The notes beneath the pieces are model-generated. The model made no database searches. It had not been told where the DNA came from and saw only the letters and a list, made by a program, of their open reading frames with translations. The translations under genes were made by a program, and so were the position numbers. A DNA stretch of 64,000 nt from Eledone cirrhosa (lineage: Eukaryota). The DNA lies in NCBI GenBank assembly GCA_964016885.1, contig OZ024748.1:4030001-4094000 (forward strand). Direction: 5' to 3'. Positions 32,699 through 47,729 of this stretch are shown piece by piece; position 1 is the first letter of the stretch, and the number at the start of each line of letters is the position of its first letter.

Positions 32699-32780
32699 GG
32701 CGGCAGGATTTGAACTCTAAAGGTAAAGGACCAGAACAAACACTGAAGCATTTAATCCTACAGTCATACGACTGCCAACT
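32699..32780 (-). mobile_element. SINE family 1 head fragment
   Basis: GGCAGGATTTGAACTC...CTGCCAA. Confidence 0.5.
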
Positions 32781-32859
32781 GTAGAGATAGATAGATAGAT
32801 AGAGAGATAGATAGAGAGATAGGTAGATAGATAGATAGATAGATAGATATGTAGATAGG

Positions 32860-32915
<56 letters not shown>

Positions 32916-32963
32916 GAGATAGATAGAGAGATAGATAGATAGATAGGTAGATAGATAGATATG

Positions 32964-33021
<58 letters not shown>

Positions 33022-33149
33022 AAGAGATTGGTAGATATAAAGAAATCAACATCAATCTGACAGGAATGTTGAGAAAATGAGCGGGAGAGAGAGAGAGAGT
33101 GAGAGAGAGAAAAAGAGATACGTATAGATATACAGAGGGTGAGAGAGAG

Positions 33150-33200
<51 letters not shown>

Positions 33201-33619
33201 GATATAGAAACACACATAAATAGTAAAAGAGAGAGGGAGAGGAAAAGAGAGAAAGAGGGATATAGAGAGATAGAGAAAGACACATAATTAGAGAGGGAGA
33301 GAGGGAGCGAGAGGGGATGACGTTGAAATAGTCAGTGATTGGTTGGTTAATTACAGCATCAAATGACAGACTAAATTTATATTGTGCTTCATTGAATAGT
33401 ATTGGCTTTTCTCTCGTAGGGGGAGTTGTCTCTCTCCTCCTTCTCTCTCTGTTTCTCTCTCTCTCTGTTTCTCTCTCTCTGTCTCTCTTTCTCTCTTTCT
33501 CTTTCCCTCTCTCCCCCTCTCTCTCTCCCCCTGTCTCTGTCCCTCTCTCTCTGTCTCTCTCCCCTCTTTCTGTCTCTCTCTCTCTGACTCTCTGACTCTC
33601 TCTCTTTCTCTCTCTCTCT

Positions 33620-33668
<49 letters not shown>

Positions 33669-33685
33669 GTATATATATATTTATA

Positions 33686-33756
<71 letters not shown>

Positions 33757-34027
33757 ATAAATATGTGTGTATGTTGCTGGCACATGCGCTTACACACATG
33801 TGTAAATATCAAGACACATACACATACATACACGCATAAAAAACCGAACGCATATGCACAGACACACACATATATAGACACACACACAAGTACATGCTCA
33901 CACAAGTACACAAGTACAACTACATACACAAATACATGGTCACAGAAGCGCAAAAGTAAATGGATTTACGTCAGTTTCAGCGATGCACATTCCAGTTATC
34001 CTATCAACGGGAACCATCTAACTCATT

Positions 34028-34262
34028 GAATCAGCGTGTAAGTGGCTGAATATTCCGCGGACACTTGTAAACCATTATATACTTCTCAGGAAGAATTATA
34101 TACACAATGCCACAGACAGGTTTCTGTAAAATTCCTCTTTTTCTTTCATCAGAATCCAGTCGACACAAGACTATTTTAAAAGACTCCCCGAAGATTCCTT
34201 ACGGTGGATCGAACCTAGAATTATTTGATTACAAAGCAAACATCTTTACCATTTGGTCATAA
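34028..34262. mobile_element. Fragments of other tRNA-derived SINE families
   Basis: 34028-34092 is related in inverse orientation to 45095-45230. 34115-34262 on the minus strand has a tRNA-like head (TGACCAAATGGTAAAG...GGTTCGATCC). Confidence 0.5.
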
Positions 34263-34277
34263 CTATGTCCAGAAAGA

Positions 34278-34436
34278 GGCTGTGATTTGGCAGAGTCGTT
34301 AGAATGTCGGATAGAATACTTTACAATATACCTTTCGGCTGTCTTTCTCCCAGTTCAAATCCCGCCGAGGTCAACTTTGCCTTTCATCCATTCAAGGTTG
34401 ATAAAAGAAGGTACCAGTCAAATACTGGGGTCGATT
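34278..34436 (+). mobile_element. SINE family 1
   Basis: TGGCAGAGTCGTTAG...GTTCAAATCCCGCCGAGGTCAACTTTGCCTTTCATCC. Confidence 0.85.
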
Positions 34437-34542
34437 CTTCTATACTTCTTTTTCACTTTTTCTCTCTCATTTTATATCTTTCTTAGAGTGTCCCCCTCCC
34501 CCCCATATATACACCATTCTAATAAATATTGCCTGTACAGAT

Positions 34543-34692
34543 AATTGTTTCTACATTTGGCACAAGGCCAGCAATAACCAGTATATTACTGGTACTTTAT
34601 TTTATCAACCCTGTAAGGATGAAAGGAAAAGTCAACCTCGGCGGGATTTGAACTCAGATCATTAAGGGACGTAACTATGCTGGAAAGCATGA
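34543..34692 (-). mobile_element. SINE family 1
   Basis: Nearly the same sequence as 12706-12856. Confidence 0.85.
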
Positions 34693-34880
34693 TAATCAAA
34701 GTGTGTATATATTGTTTGGGACACCCTGTTTATGTATGTACGTACGTATGTATGTATGGCTTATGTATGTATGTACGTATGTACGTACATATGTATGTAT
34801 GTATGGCTTATGATGTATGTACGTATGTACGTACATATGTATGTATGTATGGCTTATGATGTATGTACGTATGTACGTAC

Positions 34881-34911
<31 letters not shown>

Positions 34912-35289
34912 TGTATGTATGTATTATGTACACGTTTGGTTGTATGTATGGTTGTATGTATGTATTTATGTGTGTATATATACATATATATATGTATGTA
35001 CGTACGTATGTAAGTATGTATGCAAATATATATATATATATGTATGTATATATTTATACATACACATATATATATATATATATATATAAAGAAGAAGAAA
35101 GAAACATGAAGAGACGCTAATCAGTTAACAAACTAACATTACAAAGAGACAAAATACTAAACAAAACTACAAAATATTACTATATATAAATATAAACATA
35201 AATATATAAAAAGGAGGGAAAACAATAAGAATAGCCACATAGTGAAAGTGGAAGTAGCGAGGATTTTGTGGATAGATTGAAATGGCGGC

Positions 35290-35495
35290 GTGGGGAGGTG
35301 GCTGTGTAGAGGTGGCTGGGTTGAGGCGGCGCGTGGAGGTAGTTGGGTGGAGGTAGCTGGGTGGAGGTACCTGTGTGGAGGCGGCTGTGTGGAGGCGGTT
35401 GGTGGAGGTAGTTGGGTGGAGGTAGCTGGGTGGAGGTAGCTGGGTGCAGGCGGCTGTGTGGAGGCGGCGTGTGGAGGCGGTTGGTGGAGGCGGGG
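35290..35495. repeat. G-rich GTGGAGG(T/C) short-period repeat
   Basis: Direct reading. Confidence 0.7.
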
Positions 35496-35999
35496 ATTAT
35501 CGCATTAAAAGAACACAAAAGCAACAATATACAAAAAACAAAACAACACAACATGAAAGAAAAATACAACAATTAAAATAACAGCAACACCAACAACAAT
35601 AACAACTACAACAACAACAATTAGAAACAACAACACAAAAAAGGGCAAAATAAAATGGCCGCTCCCTTGTTTTTCTTGTTTTTGTTTTGGGGGTTTTGTT
35701 TTGTTGTTTTCTCCGTAATTTCCGTCGTACAAGGACCCCCGGTCTTGTCAGAAAAATGGTAATCAATCATCGAAATTTCATTTCTATACTCTTTGAAAAT
35801 GTCACGTGTGACAGTTACTAAAGTTGGAGGCGGCGGTGGTAAATCCTGGGAGGGAGGTGGACGACAGTGGGAGGTGGGAGCGGAGAGGAGTAGTGGGGGT
35901 AGATGGTGGCACAGGCACAGCAGCCCAAGTTTATCTCAAGCGGACTCAAGTGATGGAGATGGGTTATGGGTAAGGACAGACGCAAGGACAGAATTATAG

Positions 36000-36240
36000 C
36001 TAGCTGGTTGTTTGGATGGTTGGCTGGTTGGCTAGCCAGCTGCTTGGTTGCTTGATTGGTTGGTTGGTTGGTTTGCTAGCCGGCTGCTTGGTTGGTTGAT
36101 TAGTTGGTTGGTTGGTTGGTTGGCTAGCCGGCTGCTTGGTTGCTTGATTGGTTGGTTGATTGGTTGGTTGGTTGACTAGCCGGCTGCTTGGTTGGTTGAG
36201 CAGTTGTTTCGCTGGTTGGCTAGCTGGTTGGGTGGTTGCT
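36000..36240. repeat. (TGGT)n-based minisatellite with CTAGCCGGCTGC markers
   Basis: Direct reading. Confidence 0.75.
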
Positions 36241-36448
36241 TCTGTCTGTGTAGTTTGATCTATCGTGATGTTTTGTTAGTTAGTTGAGCCGTCCTGACTG
36301 GGATTCAACGACAGTGACTCAGTGATGAATTTACTAAATTCTGTACTCAACAGAATTGATTGGGAAGATCAAGTGAAGCAGAAATTGATACAAGAGGTTT
36401 AAAAACAATATCATCAACAACAAGAATAATTATTATTTCTGACAGTGG

Positions 36449-36672
36449 CAGGAGGGTGGATTGGCAGTATCGATAAAGCATCGGATAAAATGCTGTGCAG
36501 CATAGAGTTAAGACTCTTTACGTTTTGAGTTCAAATGCCGCCGAGGTTAACGTTGCCTTTCATCCTTATGGGGTCGATAAAATAAAGTATCAATAATTCA
36601 CTGGGGTCTATTTAATCGAATTTTCCCTCCTCCCAAATCGCTGGCCTTGTGCTTAAAGGGGAAATCATTATT
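36449..36672 (+). mobile_element. SINE family 1, full length
   Basis: A/B boxes, central domain and tail. Confidence 0.85.
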
Positions 36673-36886
36673 TCTGACATTGGTTCAAGGCCAACCATTT
36701 TGTTTTTGCGTTGGGTTAGGGTTGGGAAATGCCGATTAAATCGAGTCTCAGTACTTAACTTTATTTTACCAACCCCGAAAGAGTGAAAGTCGAAGTTGAC
36801 CTCGGCAACGTTTGAACACAGAACATAAAAAGTTGTAAATAAATTCCGCCAACATTTTGACCGATGCTCTACCGATATTGCCAATC
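36668..36886 (-). mobile_element. SINE family 1, tail-to-tail with the previous copy
   Basis: AAGGCCAA...ACCCCGAAAGAGTGAAAG..GACCTCGGC..TTTGAAC..CTCTACCGATATTGCCAATCC. Confidence 0.8.
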
Positions 36887-37079
36887 CTGTAAATTCTTGA
36901 CTAGTTTCAAAACTATTTCAAACAAATAAACTGTCTTTCATATGAAATACGGTAACGAAATGGTTAATATTTAACTAAAAAAAACTTCCATCATAATTTT
37001 TACGTTAAAACATTTAAGTTATGCACCAAACACCAGCTTAATTATGAGAAATATATACATGTACATAGTTATGTATGTA

Positions 37080-37133
<54 letters not shown>

Positions 37134-37151
37134 TACTTATGTATGTATGTA

Positions 37152-37218
<67 letters not shown>

Positions 37219-37294
37219 GTACATAGTTATGTATATATATATATATATTATCTATACATATGTACATAGTTATGTACATATATATATATATATA

Positions 37295-37392
37295 TAGTAA
37301 TGATAATAAATTTGAAGACTAAAATCCAAAGAAGGCTCGATAAGGATAAATATATGTCAAATATATAAGAACCCTAGAGCAATAATTATTAA
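37295..37392 (-). mobile_element. Family D TA-embedded island
   Basis: Reverse complement of 52326-52434 and 61544-61650. Confidence 0.75.
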
Positions 37393-37485
37393 AATAAATT
37401 TTAATTAATATATATATATATATATGTATATATATAAATAAATATATATATATATGTACATATATATATATTATATATATACATA

Positions 37486-37634
<149 letters not shown>

Positions 37635-37855
37635 ATATATATATATATATATACACACTCAAGTGACTCCCATTTATTTGTCCCTTAAGTGAATGATGTC
37701 TGTGATATTCCAGAGTCAATCAACTTTTGAGTTAATATGTATTCCACGTGCAGTTGTTTGGAACTATATATATCCATATATACATACATGCACAGAAATA
37801 TATATATTACAACTAGAATCATATATATAAATATATAGATATAGACACGCTTAGG

Positions 37856-37887
<32 letters not shown>

Positions 37888-37978
37888 CCTCTCTTCTTCT
37901 TCTTCTTCTTCTTCTTCTTCTTCTTCTTCTTCTTCTTCTTCTTCTTCTTCTTCTTCTACATAAATGGCTATATACAAG

Positions 37979-38020
<42 letters not shown>

Positions 38021-38023
<3 letters not shown>

Positions 38024-38205
38024 CGAAGGAAATGTGGTAAGGAACCAGGTGGACCATAACGCACCAAAGTACTCAATACTTGAGGTAGTAGAGTGGGTAA
38101 TAGGAACCAGTAAGACCCCGACAGCTGAGCTCAAGCCGTTTCGACGGCTAATTCTGAATTAGCCGTCGAAACGGCTTGAGCTCAGCTGTCGGGGTCTTAC
38201 TGGTT

Positions 38206-38210
<5 letters not shown>
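38021..38210 (-). mobile_element. Family A fold-back element, full form
   Basis: Tail 38021-38099, essentially perfect hairpin 38100-38210; TA-flanked. Confidence 0.9.
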
Positions 38211-38300
<90 letters not shown>

Positions 38301-38547
38301 CCATCCACACAGTACTAACATCCTCTAAACATATGTTTTATACGAGTATGTCAATCGCTGAAATTATGTAAATATGTTAACAGTTGATATTTTTTTATTT
38401 TGGTTAGAAGAAAGATTGATGGGCGGAGAATAGGTATGTTAATGTGGTTGTTGTTGTTGTTAGTGGTGGTGGTGGTGGTGGTGGTGGTTGTAGTGGTGGG
38501 GGGGGGGGGGAGTGGTGGGGGTGACTATTAGCGGTCCTTCGTGCTGA

Positions 38548-38587
<40 letters not shown>

Positions 38588-38683
38588 GCGTGTATGTGTG
38601 TGTGTGTATATACAAGCATGTACGAAGTACATACCAAAAATGTGTGAAAACCCACGCACACATGCATATATACATATATATAC

Positions 38684-38774
<91 letters not shown>

Positions 38775-38847
38775 TATATATATATATCCACACGCATATA
38801 TATTTATATACATGTATATACATACATATATATATATATACATACAT

Positions 38848-38929
<82 letters not shown>

Positions 38930-39455
38930 ATTTGTATGTATGTATATATGTATGTGTATATATATACGCACATAAAGGTCATCATGAATGGTATTTTGTA
39001 TTTAAGATTGCCAGTTATTTTATACATGTACACAGATATATTTATACACACTCTTACCCATGAATATATGTTAATAGGCAATGATAAATGTACTTGCTAT
39101 GGGCCCTTAACTCCTTAACTAAATTAAGTCATGTGGGCTCTGTAGTGATACACCGTGAGCCTTGGACACATAATTCTCTCCCCCACTGTGTCTCACTGTA
39201 TATACACACACACAGACGCACACGCGCGCACACACACACGTGTGTATGTATATATATATAAATATATATATATATACGTATGTATGTCACCAAATTATAC
39301 TGAGGTACCTCAGTGGGAAGGAATTTTTCTTTCCACCACACTATAGGAATAAGAAAAAGAAAGCAGAGGCTGTGCTGAATGTGGTGATAGAGAATGAGAA
39401 TGAAAGGTTGTGTGTGTGTGTGTGTGTGTGTGAGTGAGAGAGAGAGTAAGAGAGT

Positions 39456-39530
<75 letters not shown>

Positions 39531-39811
39531 GTAAAGGGGAGACAGGTATATAGCCTGGAGTCTACCAGAAAAAAGAACTGTCCGTCCGAATGACATGCGA
39601 TGAGATACAGAGAGAAAGGGAAGCAGGGGTGAAAAAGAAAGAAATAGCATGAATAAAAAGATCTGTTGTACAGGAGAAAGGAGAAGATAGCGTTCAACAA
39701 TAAATAGAGAGAATTAGAGAAGTAACATGATAACATAACAAACGTATAGAGAGAACAAGACTGATGGAATTAATTTTTTTTTAGACGAAAAGTTATCTAC
39801 ATATTTATGAA

Positions 39812-39881
<70 letters not shown>

Positions 39882-40328
39882 TGTGTATATATATATATAT
39901 AAAGGGAGAGAAAGAGAGAAGTCGTTAGAACAATTTCTGCGTTAGATTCCCGTGCATTCCAAGTAATTTTCTTTTCCCATTTTCTCGGGTACTTATTTTC
40001 CCATTAAGTATTTCTTCGCCTTCCTAGAACACAAAACCTTTATCGAAATATAAACATGTTGACACTCTATTATACACACCTGCTCATCTCCTTCCTTCCC
40101 ACTTACTGTCTCTTTCTTTCTTTCTATCTCACTTTCTTTCTTTCTTTCTTTCTTCCACTCATTCCCTCCTCTCTTTATATATATATATATACGTAAATAT
40201 ATACATTGTTATGTATATTTGTGTATATATATTCATGGTTTTACATAATAATTACATATGTATATACGTGTATATATATATGAGCGTGCATTTAATTAAT
40301 TTATATAACACATACACGCACACACACA

Positions 40329-40390
<62 letters not shown>

Positions 40391-40556
40391 GCGTGTGTGT
40401 GTGTGTGTGTGTTTGTGCGTGTGTGTGTGTGTGTTAGTGTGTGTGTACAAGGAATGATGTGTGTTTACGAAAATAGTAGGCTATTACTTAATACACGTAA
40501 TATAAAATGTTAGTGGAGTTCGAGATTTAGGTGGGGGGGGGGGAGGAAGACAACAA

Positions 40557-40618
<62 letters not shown>

Positions 40619-40650
40619 CATACATGAATATATAAGTACCTATAAATCTG

Positions 40651-40733
<83 letters not shown>

Positions 40734-40736
<3 letters not shown>

Positions 40737-40822
40737 CGAAGGAAATGTGGTAAGGAACCAGATGGACCATAACGCACCAAAGTACTCAATACTTAGGGTA
40801 GTAGAGTGGGGTCCTACTCGTT

Positions 40823-40827
<5 letters not shown>
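40734..40827 (-). mobile_element. Family A element with hairpin deleted
   Basis: Full tail joined at GGG to the terminal GTCCTACTCGTTCCTA. Confidence 0.8.
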
Positions 40828-40879
<52 letters not shown>

Positions 40880-40884
40880 GTGTG

Positions 40885-42339
40885 TGTGAAAGCCAAGAAG
40901 AAGATCAAGGAGGGCAAGGCTCATGGAGAAGATGGAGTGACATCAGAGGTGATGAAGAGGTGTGATTTTGATGATATCATCCTGGGGTTCTGTAACCAGG
41001 CACTGGAGAAGGGAGTTACCCCGAATCAGTGGAGGAACAGTAACATCGTCCCAGGGCCAAAGAAGGGAGATCTCTCTAACACCAACAACTACAGGGGGAT
41101 CTCACTGACGTCACTTGTGGCAAAGACTCTCAACAGGATGATTCTTAAGAGGATCCAGCCTGAGATGGAGAAGAAGCTCAGGGACAACCAGAACGGCTTC
41201 AGAGAGGGAAGATCAACCGCCAGTCACATCCTGATGCTGAGGTGGTTATTAGAGGGAACTAGAGCAAAGTGCCTTCCTGCGGTCATGGTTTCCATTGACT
41301 TTAGGAAGGCCTTTGATTCTGTGGACCGTCACTGCCTGATGATCTTACAGGCTTATGGAATCTCCAAGAAGATAGTGGACCTGATATCACTGCTCTACAC
41401 CAAAGCCCAAGTCATTACACCTGATGGGATGACAGAGTTCTTTGAGATACTGGCTGGAGTGCTCCAGGGAGATACATTAGCTCCCTACCTTTTTATCATC
41501 GTAGTGGACTATTGTATGCGCCTTGCACTGGAGAAACACCAGGACTCTGGCTTTACTGTAGCACCGGCTCAGAGCAGGAGAGTTAAGGCGAAAGAGATAT
41601 CGGATGCTGAATTTGCCGACGACATAGTTTTGGTGACAAATACAGTGAAGGATGCAGAGGATTTGATGCGGGAGGTTGAGACTGTGTCGATGAGTGTGGG
41701 GCTGAGAATGAATGAGAAGCCAGAGGGGATGACTAATGTAGGCGGGAAGCCGCTAGAATTGGTTGAGGACTTCCTGTATTTGGGAGCAAAGATTGGGAAT
41801 ACGGAAAATGTAGTCGTTGAGAAGAAGAGCAAGGCCTGGGAGGCGTGCCAAAGCTTGAGATCGGTGTGGAAGTTGGACCTTCGTAAAGACCTGAAAATCC
41901 GCCTCTTCATTGCTGTTGTGGGGAGTCTGTGCTGCTGTACGGGTCTGAGACTTGGATACTGACCAAGAAACTCACTCAGATGGTGGATGGGTGCTACATG
42001 TGAATGTTGAGGATGGCTCTGAACATTAATCAGTATATACTGCGGATGAAAAACTCAGAGCTGTATGGGAGCCTCCCAAAAGTCAGCTCAAAAGTGACAC
42101 AGAGGAGACTGAGGTTAGTTGGACATGCTCACCGGCATCCAGAGTTGACATTGCACTCAGTGCTCCTGCGGGAGCCCCTACATGGAAACACTGGAAGTGG
42201 AAGACCAAGGTTAACGTATGTTGATGCCCTAAGGACAGACACTGATCTGTTGGAGACGCAGGACATGGCAACAATAATGAGGGACAGAGACCGCTGGAGA
42301 GAACTCGTCCATGGATCTCGGGAATTTTACCCGCCTTAG
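40885..42339 (+). pseudogene. RTE-type non-LTR retrotransposon, 5'-truncated reverse transcriptase
   Basis: RT motifs PKKGDL..NYRGISL, QNGFREGRS, IDFRKAFDSV, GVLQGDTLAPYLF, FADD, FLYLG. Frameshift at ~41920 continues as ESVLLYGSETW; premature TGA at 42001; C-terminal GRPRLTY..RDRW typical of RTE. No endonuclease domain. Confidence 0.92.
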
Positions 42340-42445
42340 ATAGATATATATATGCATGTATATATATATAAAATGTAATTGCCACAATGTACCCAAATAT
42401 AATGATAGTTCAAAAATCGGGTAATGTATATATAAACCCTTTACA

Positions 42446-42513
<68 letters not shown>

Positions 42514-42529
42514 CACATATGCATATATA

Positions 42530-42585
<56 letters not shown>

Positions 42586-42777
42586 TGATCTTTTGAGTAG
42601 TGTCAGCAATTGTGATTAAGGATAGGATATATGCGTGTGTATATATGTGTGTGTATAAACCTATTGAGATACATACACACACACACGTATGTATATATAT
42701 ATATATAAACATACATACATATATGTAAATATATATATCTGTCTCTCTCCATCTTTGTGTGTATATATATATATATA

Positions 42778-42869
<92 letters not shown>

Positions 42870-43175
42870 CGCGTGTGTGTGTAATTGTGTTTGTTGTGAA
42901 GTATATCCAGATGATGGAAAATATTATTTCTCCATACAATCAACAAGCAGAAAGAGCTAAAACGGGAATAGTGAAATCCCTAAAATGTCAAGTTCCCCTT
43001 GGGACTATGGTAGATATACCCTAGTCCCACATGTGTTTGTCACATTTATTTGTAGACCAAAGAAAGTTGGAGTCGCTAAGCATTGCCCTCATATTTCATT
43101 GTAGAATGTCTTGCAAACCTTGAGACGAATATTGTGTAATGTAGTGCTTGATGTACTGTCTCTGAAACATTGAAT

Positions 43176-43215
<40 letters not shown>

Positions 43216-43259
43216 CACACACACACACACACATACACACACACACACACATATATATG

Positions 43260-43295
<36 letters not shown>

Positions 43296-43542
43296 ATAAT
43301 ACAAGGACGATTTGTTAAGCCATCATTATTGATTGGTGATTGCGCGTGTCGCTATTCATCAGCTCGAGGTTCGATCTGTATCGATCTGACCCGACTCTGG
43401 AATCAAAAGCTCGTCGGAGCTCTGCTGTAGTAATACACCTCGCCACTGACGTGAAACAAAACATCGAATGCTCACCTGGGTGAACCTACAGTAACTGTAC
43501 GTTATCTTCCCTCGATATATATATGTGTGTATACATATATGT

Positions 43543-43588
<46 letters not shown>

Positions 43589-43978
43589 ACATATATACAT
43601 ATAGGTATACAGACACACAAAATGATCAAAGTTATGTTAAAAACATGTAAAATAAAATGCGATGACTGGAATCGAACCCAGAATAGCAATGCAATAAATC
43701 TCGAAATCTTTACCCACACCCGTCAGTGAGACCCGTGCTGTTTTTCTGCTTCAAATTGCGGTTTACAATGTCTAATGTCATTATATATGTATATATATAT
43801 ATTAATTATGTATCTATTTATTAATGTATATATTTATCTAATTTCCATGCCTGTCTGTGTGTCTCTGTGACTACTTGTCTGTCTGTCTGTCTATTTGTTT
43901 ATCTATTTATCTACATTTGCTTGTCTAAATATTTCTTTCCTACTTTCTTTTTATAGATTTATGTGCATATAACTGTGA

Positions 43979-44054
<76 letters not shown>

Positions 44055-44703
44055 CTTTCTGTACACACATATATATATATATATATATATACACATACAT
44101 ATAGTAACATGTACGTATACACACAAACACACACACATATATATATATATATAAATATATATATATATATGTATATATATCAACATATATATATATATAT
44201 CAATATCAATATATATATATATATATATATATCAATAAAACATTCCGTTCTGTTCGGCTCAGTGAAGCAAAGCCAAACAGTATCAACTCTATTTCATGTC
44301 ACAAAATGGTTGCTAACTATTGAAGACGTTATTTTCAATCTAATTTAATTTGGCCGCCATTTTCCCTACAACTAAAATATTTAGCACAAGTTAAGCAACT
44401 TGTAAAAGGCAGGCTTATTTCACAGTCCACTGCATCAATAAACGATCCTTTATGTTTCATTATCTTCACTTTAGACTTTAAACTTTCGGGATATAAAACG
44501 CTTTTCTTTTTTTTCATTGATCTGTTTTAATCTTTGCCATTAATATCAAAACATTAGCGGCATATCTGGATAACTTCCTGTTCGTCTGTTTGTCAGTATG
44601 TATGTATATCTGTAGGTTTATCTGTCTATCTGTCTATCTGTCTGTCTATCTTCCAGTCGGTATGTATGCTTATTTGTCTGTCTGTCCACACACACACACA
44701 CAT

Positions 44704-44736
<33 letters not shown>

Positions 44737-44849
44737 CATATATACACGTGCGTACACATACATATATATGTATACGTATACATATATATTTACATACATA
44801 TATATGTGTGAGTGTGTGTGAGTATACAGATGTTTATGTCTGTATGTCG

Positions 44850-44945
<96 letters not shown>

Positions 44946-44997
44946 CCACACATGTATATGCACACAAACACATGCATACTTACATACGTATATGCAG

Positions 44998-45230
44998 ACT
45001 TTGTGGATAGGGTGTTCGAATGACCATCGTACGTTTGTGAATTCGATTCTCGCTCTTTCACGTTGCTGCAGTTCAAATGAAAACTATATACTCAATGGTA
45101 CCTGTGTTCCACAGAATCTCCCTGAGAACTACGTTAAGAGTATACGTGTCTGTGCAATGGTCAACCATCTGGACGTTAATTTCAGGAGTATGTTGCTCCG
45201 TTGACCAAACAACTGGAATATACTGCATCG
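44998..45230. mobile_element. SINE fragments (tRNA-like head on +; 3' part of another family on -)
   Basis: GTGGATAGGGTGTT..TTCGATTC head, similar to 59680 and 63262; GAGAACTACGTTAAGAGTATACGTGTCTGTG related to 34028-34092. Confidence 0.5.
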
Positions 45231-45761
45231 GAATTTTTGTTTTCGTAAGATCTGATTGCTAGGGTTTGTGGCAAGATTAACATCCGGCAGTAAAAACATG
45301 GCCTCAAAAAGGGTCCCATCGTAAGTATGAAGAATGTCCTAAGGCCTGCAATGCTAAACTCTGCTTTTGCAGGGGAAAAGGACCTTGAAACGCTTGTTGT
45401 TTCTTTGTTTAAAGGACTGCATTGCTATCAATCAGGTTTATTCATTGTTTGTTATATTATAATTTATCATACGGGGTATAATTATTCTGAATTCGTCAGG
45501 GGAGAGGAGGGGCTTCTCTAGGGGGCATCTGGGCTTTCTTACTTGGTTTGCCTACGTAAAATCTCTATTTTTCTATGTTTACATTAAGTCTTTATAATCT
45601 TCTATGGCGAGCTTTATCTTCTGTAACAATAGATTATTTAATTAGTCTATGAATGTAGTGAGAGAATACACCAACAGAGAGAAAGGACTTCAACTGACTT
45701 TATATATATTATCAGTAGGAATTGATATGTTGTCATGTTGAATTTCTCTATCTACAATAAT

Positions 45762-46020
45762 AGGCGGCGAATTGAGAAAGACTTTAGAGCGCAATACACA
45801 ATGATACACAATGCCTTGTGGTTATTGTTACAGTTCTTTATTATTCGGCTTTGAGTTGAAGTCCTGCTAAAGGCAACGTCACCTTTCATTCTTTGGATGT
45901 CAATAAAGTAAAGTACCAGACCAGGAGAGGTTGATTAGCGGAATTGTTAAAGCAACGGACGAGTTGCCTTGCAGTTTCTGTGTCGGCTCTCAGCGTTCTG
46001 AGTTTAAATTCCACTGTGGC
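45762..46020 (+). mobile_element. Two tandem diverged SINE family 1 copies
   Basis: GAGTTGAAGTCC..CCTTTCATTCTTTGGATGTCAATAAAGTAAAGTACCAG, then a second head with GTTCTGAGTTTAAATTCC. Confidence 0.65.
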
Positions 46021-46926
46021 TAGCATTTAAATCAGCCATATCCGGCGAGAATTCTCTCACCTCATTCTGTTCAAACCGGCCGTAACTGGCCCCTCATACC
46101 GACGTTAAAGTATTGATCTCAAAATAAATAATATCAAAATCTCATAGATTCGATATTATGTGTGATATTATGTGGAATAAAGCCTTTACTGCAAACATAT
46201 AATAGTATATATAGAGTAACGCAAACGCTAAAGGGTTAAAAATCAAACTAAATTCGTTAATATTTAACACAACCACCTGGCCCTCTGGGTGATTTTTAAG
46301 GGGGAATATACTCTGTTGCAAGCATTCAGGTTAGGTCTCCTGCTGTTGTGGTTCTTTAGACCGAGAGCACGCCTATACTAAGAGAAATTATAACGAAAGA
46401 TATTCCAGCCGTGACCATCCAGTCGCATTAACTAAAGTATGGTTTCACATTATTACGCTATTACGTGTTCCAGTCGACGGGATGAGGCCATGCTGGGGCA
46501 TCACCATTGTTTGCTGTTGCTGTATGTTAGTACAGTTTGTTTTGCTGTTTTTGTTGCAGTTGGTTCAGTTGTTGCTGTTATTATTGTTTTTGTTGCTGTT
46601 GCTGCAGCTATTATTGTCGTTGCTATTATTGTTGTTGTTGGTGCAGTCGTAGCAGTTATTGTTGCAGTTGTTGCTGTTATTGTCGTTGCTATTATTGTTG
46701 TTATTGTTGTTACTGTTGTTGTTGTAGTTGTTGTTACTGTTGTTGTTGTAGTTGTTGTTACTGTTGTTATCTCGAGTTTGAAATACGTCAAACTGCCACA
46801 CTGAAGTAAAATATTATATGACAGAAAACCTCAAATTGATTTAATATTAATTGACCAATTCTGTGTGATCGAAGATTTTGTTGTATATTCCATAGATTCA
46901 CACATACATACATATATATATATAAC

Positions 46927-47056
<130 letters not shown>

Positions 47057-47145
47057 AATGTAAAAGTAATAACAAAAATAACAAAACAAATACCACAGTA
47101 CATGGAAGAAATATATTAGTTTAACGCTTGAATTAGCAGGAAGAG

Positions 47146-47187
<42 letters not shown>

Positions 47188-47188
47188 C

Positions 47189-47251
<63 letters not shown>

Positions 47252-47283
47252 TATATGTATGTATATATACATATATATATATA

Positions 47284-47328
47284 TTCTGATGATTTCTAAT
47301 GAATGAAACAGTTCTAGTCCTGTAGAAT
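47284..47328 (+). ncRNA. Isolated minimal hammerhead motif inside (TA)n
   Basis: CTGATGA 47286-92, TTTC-TAAT-GAAT, GAAA 47305-08, CAG-TTCTAGTC-CTG, TA 47323-24; stem I weak. Confidence 0.55.
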
Positions 47329-47390
47329 CTCTTCTATATTAATATATATATATATATTTATATATGTCGGCTCTTTTTTGTCTTTCTTTT

Positions 47391-47572
<182 letters not shown>

Positions 47573-47729
47573 ATATATATATATGTAATATATATATACA
47601 TATATATACATAAATATATATATATGTTTTGAAGTAAGGATGGGTGGTAACTGGTAAAATACGAAACACCAGTCCGACTAAATAAATAATAGAAGCTTCC
47701 TCATTCTTCTTCTTTCTCGGTCTATCTAT

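Noticed and set aside
40885-42339. RTE LINE as the mobiliser of families A-F
   Set aside because: No shared 3' tail with those families; hammerheads and inversions point to Penelope-like machinery, which is not encoded in this window
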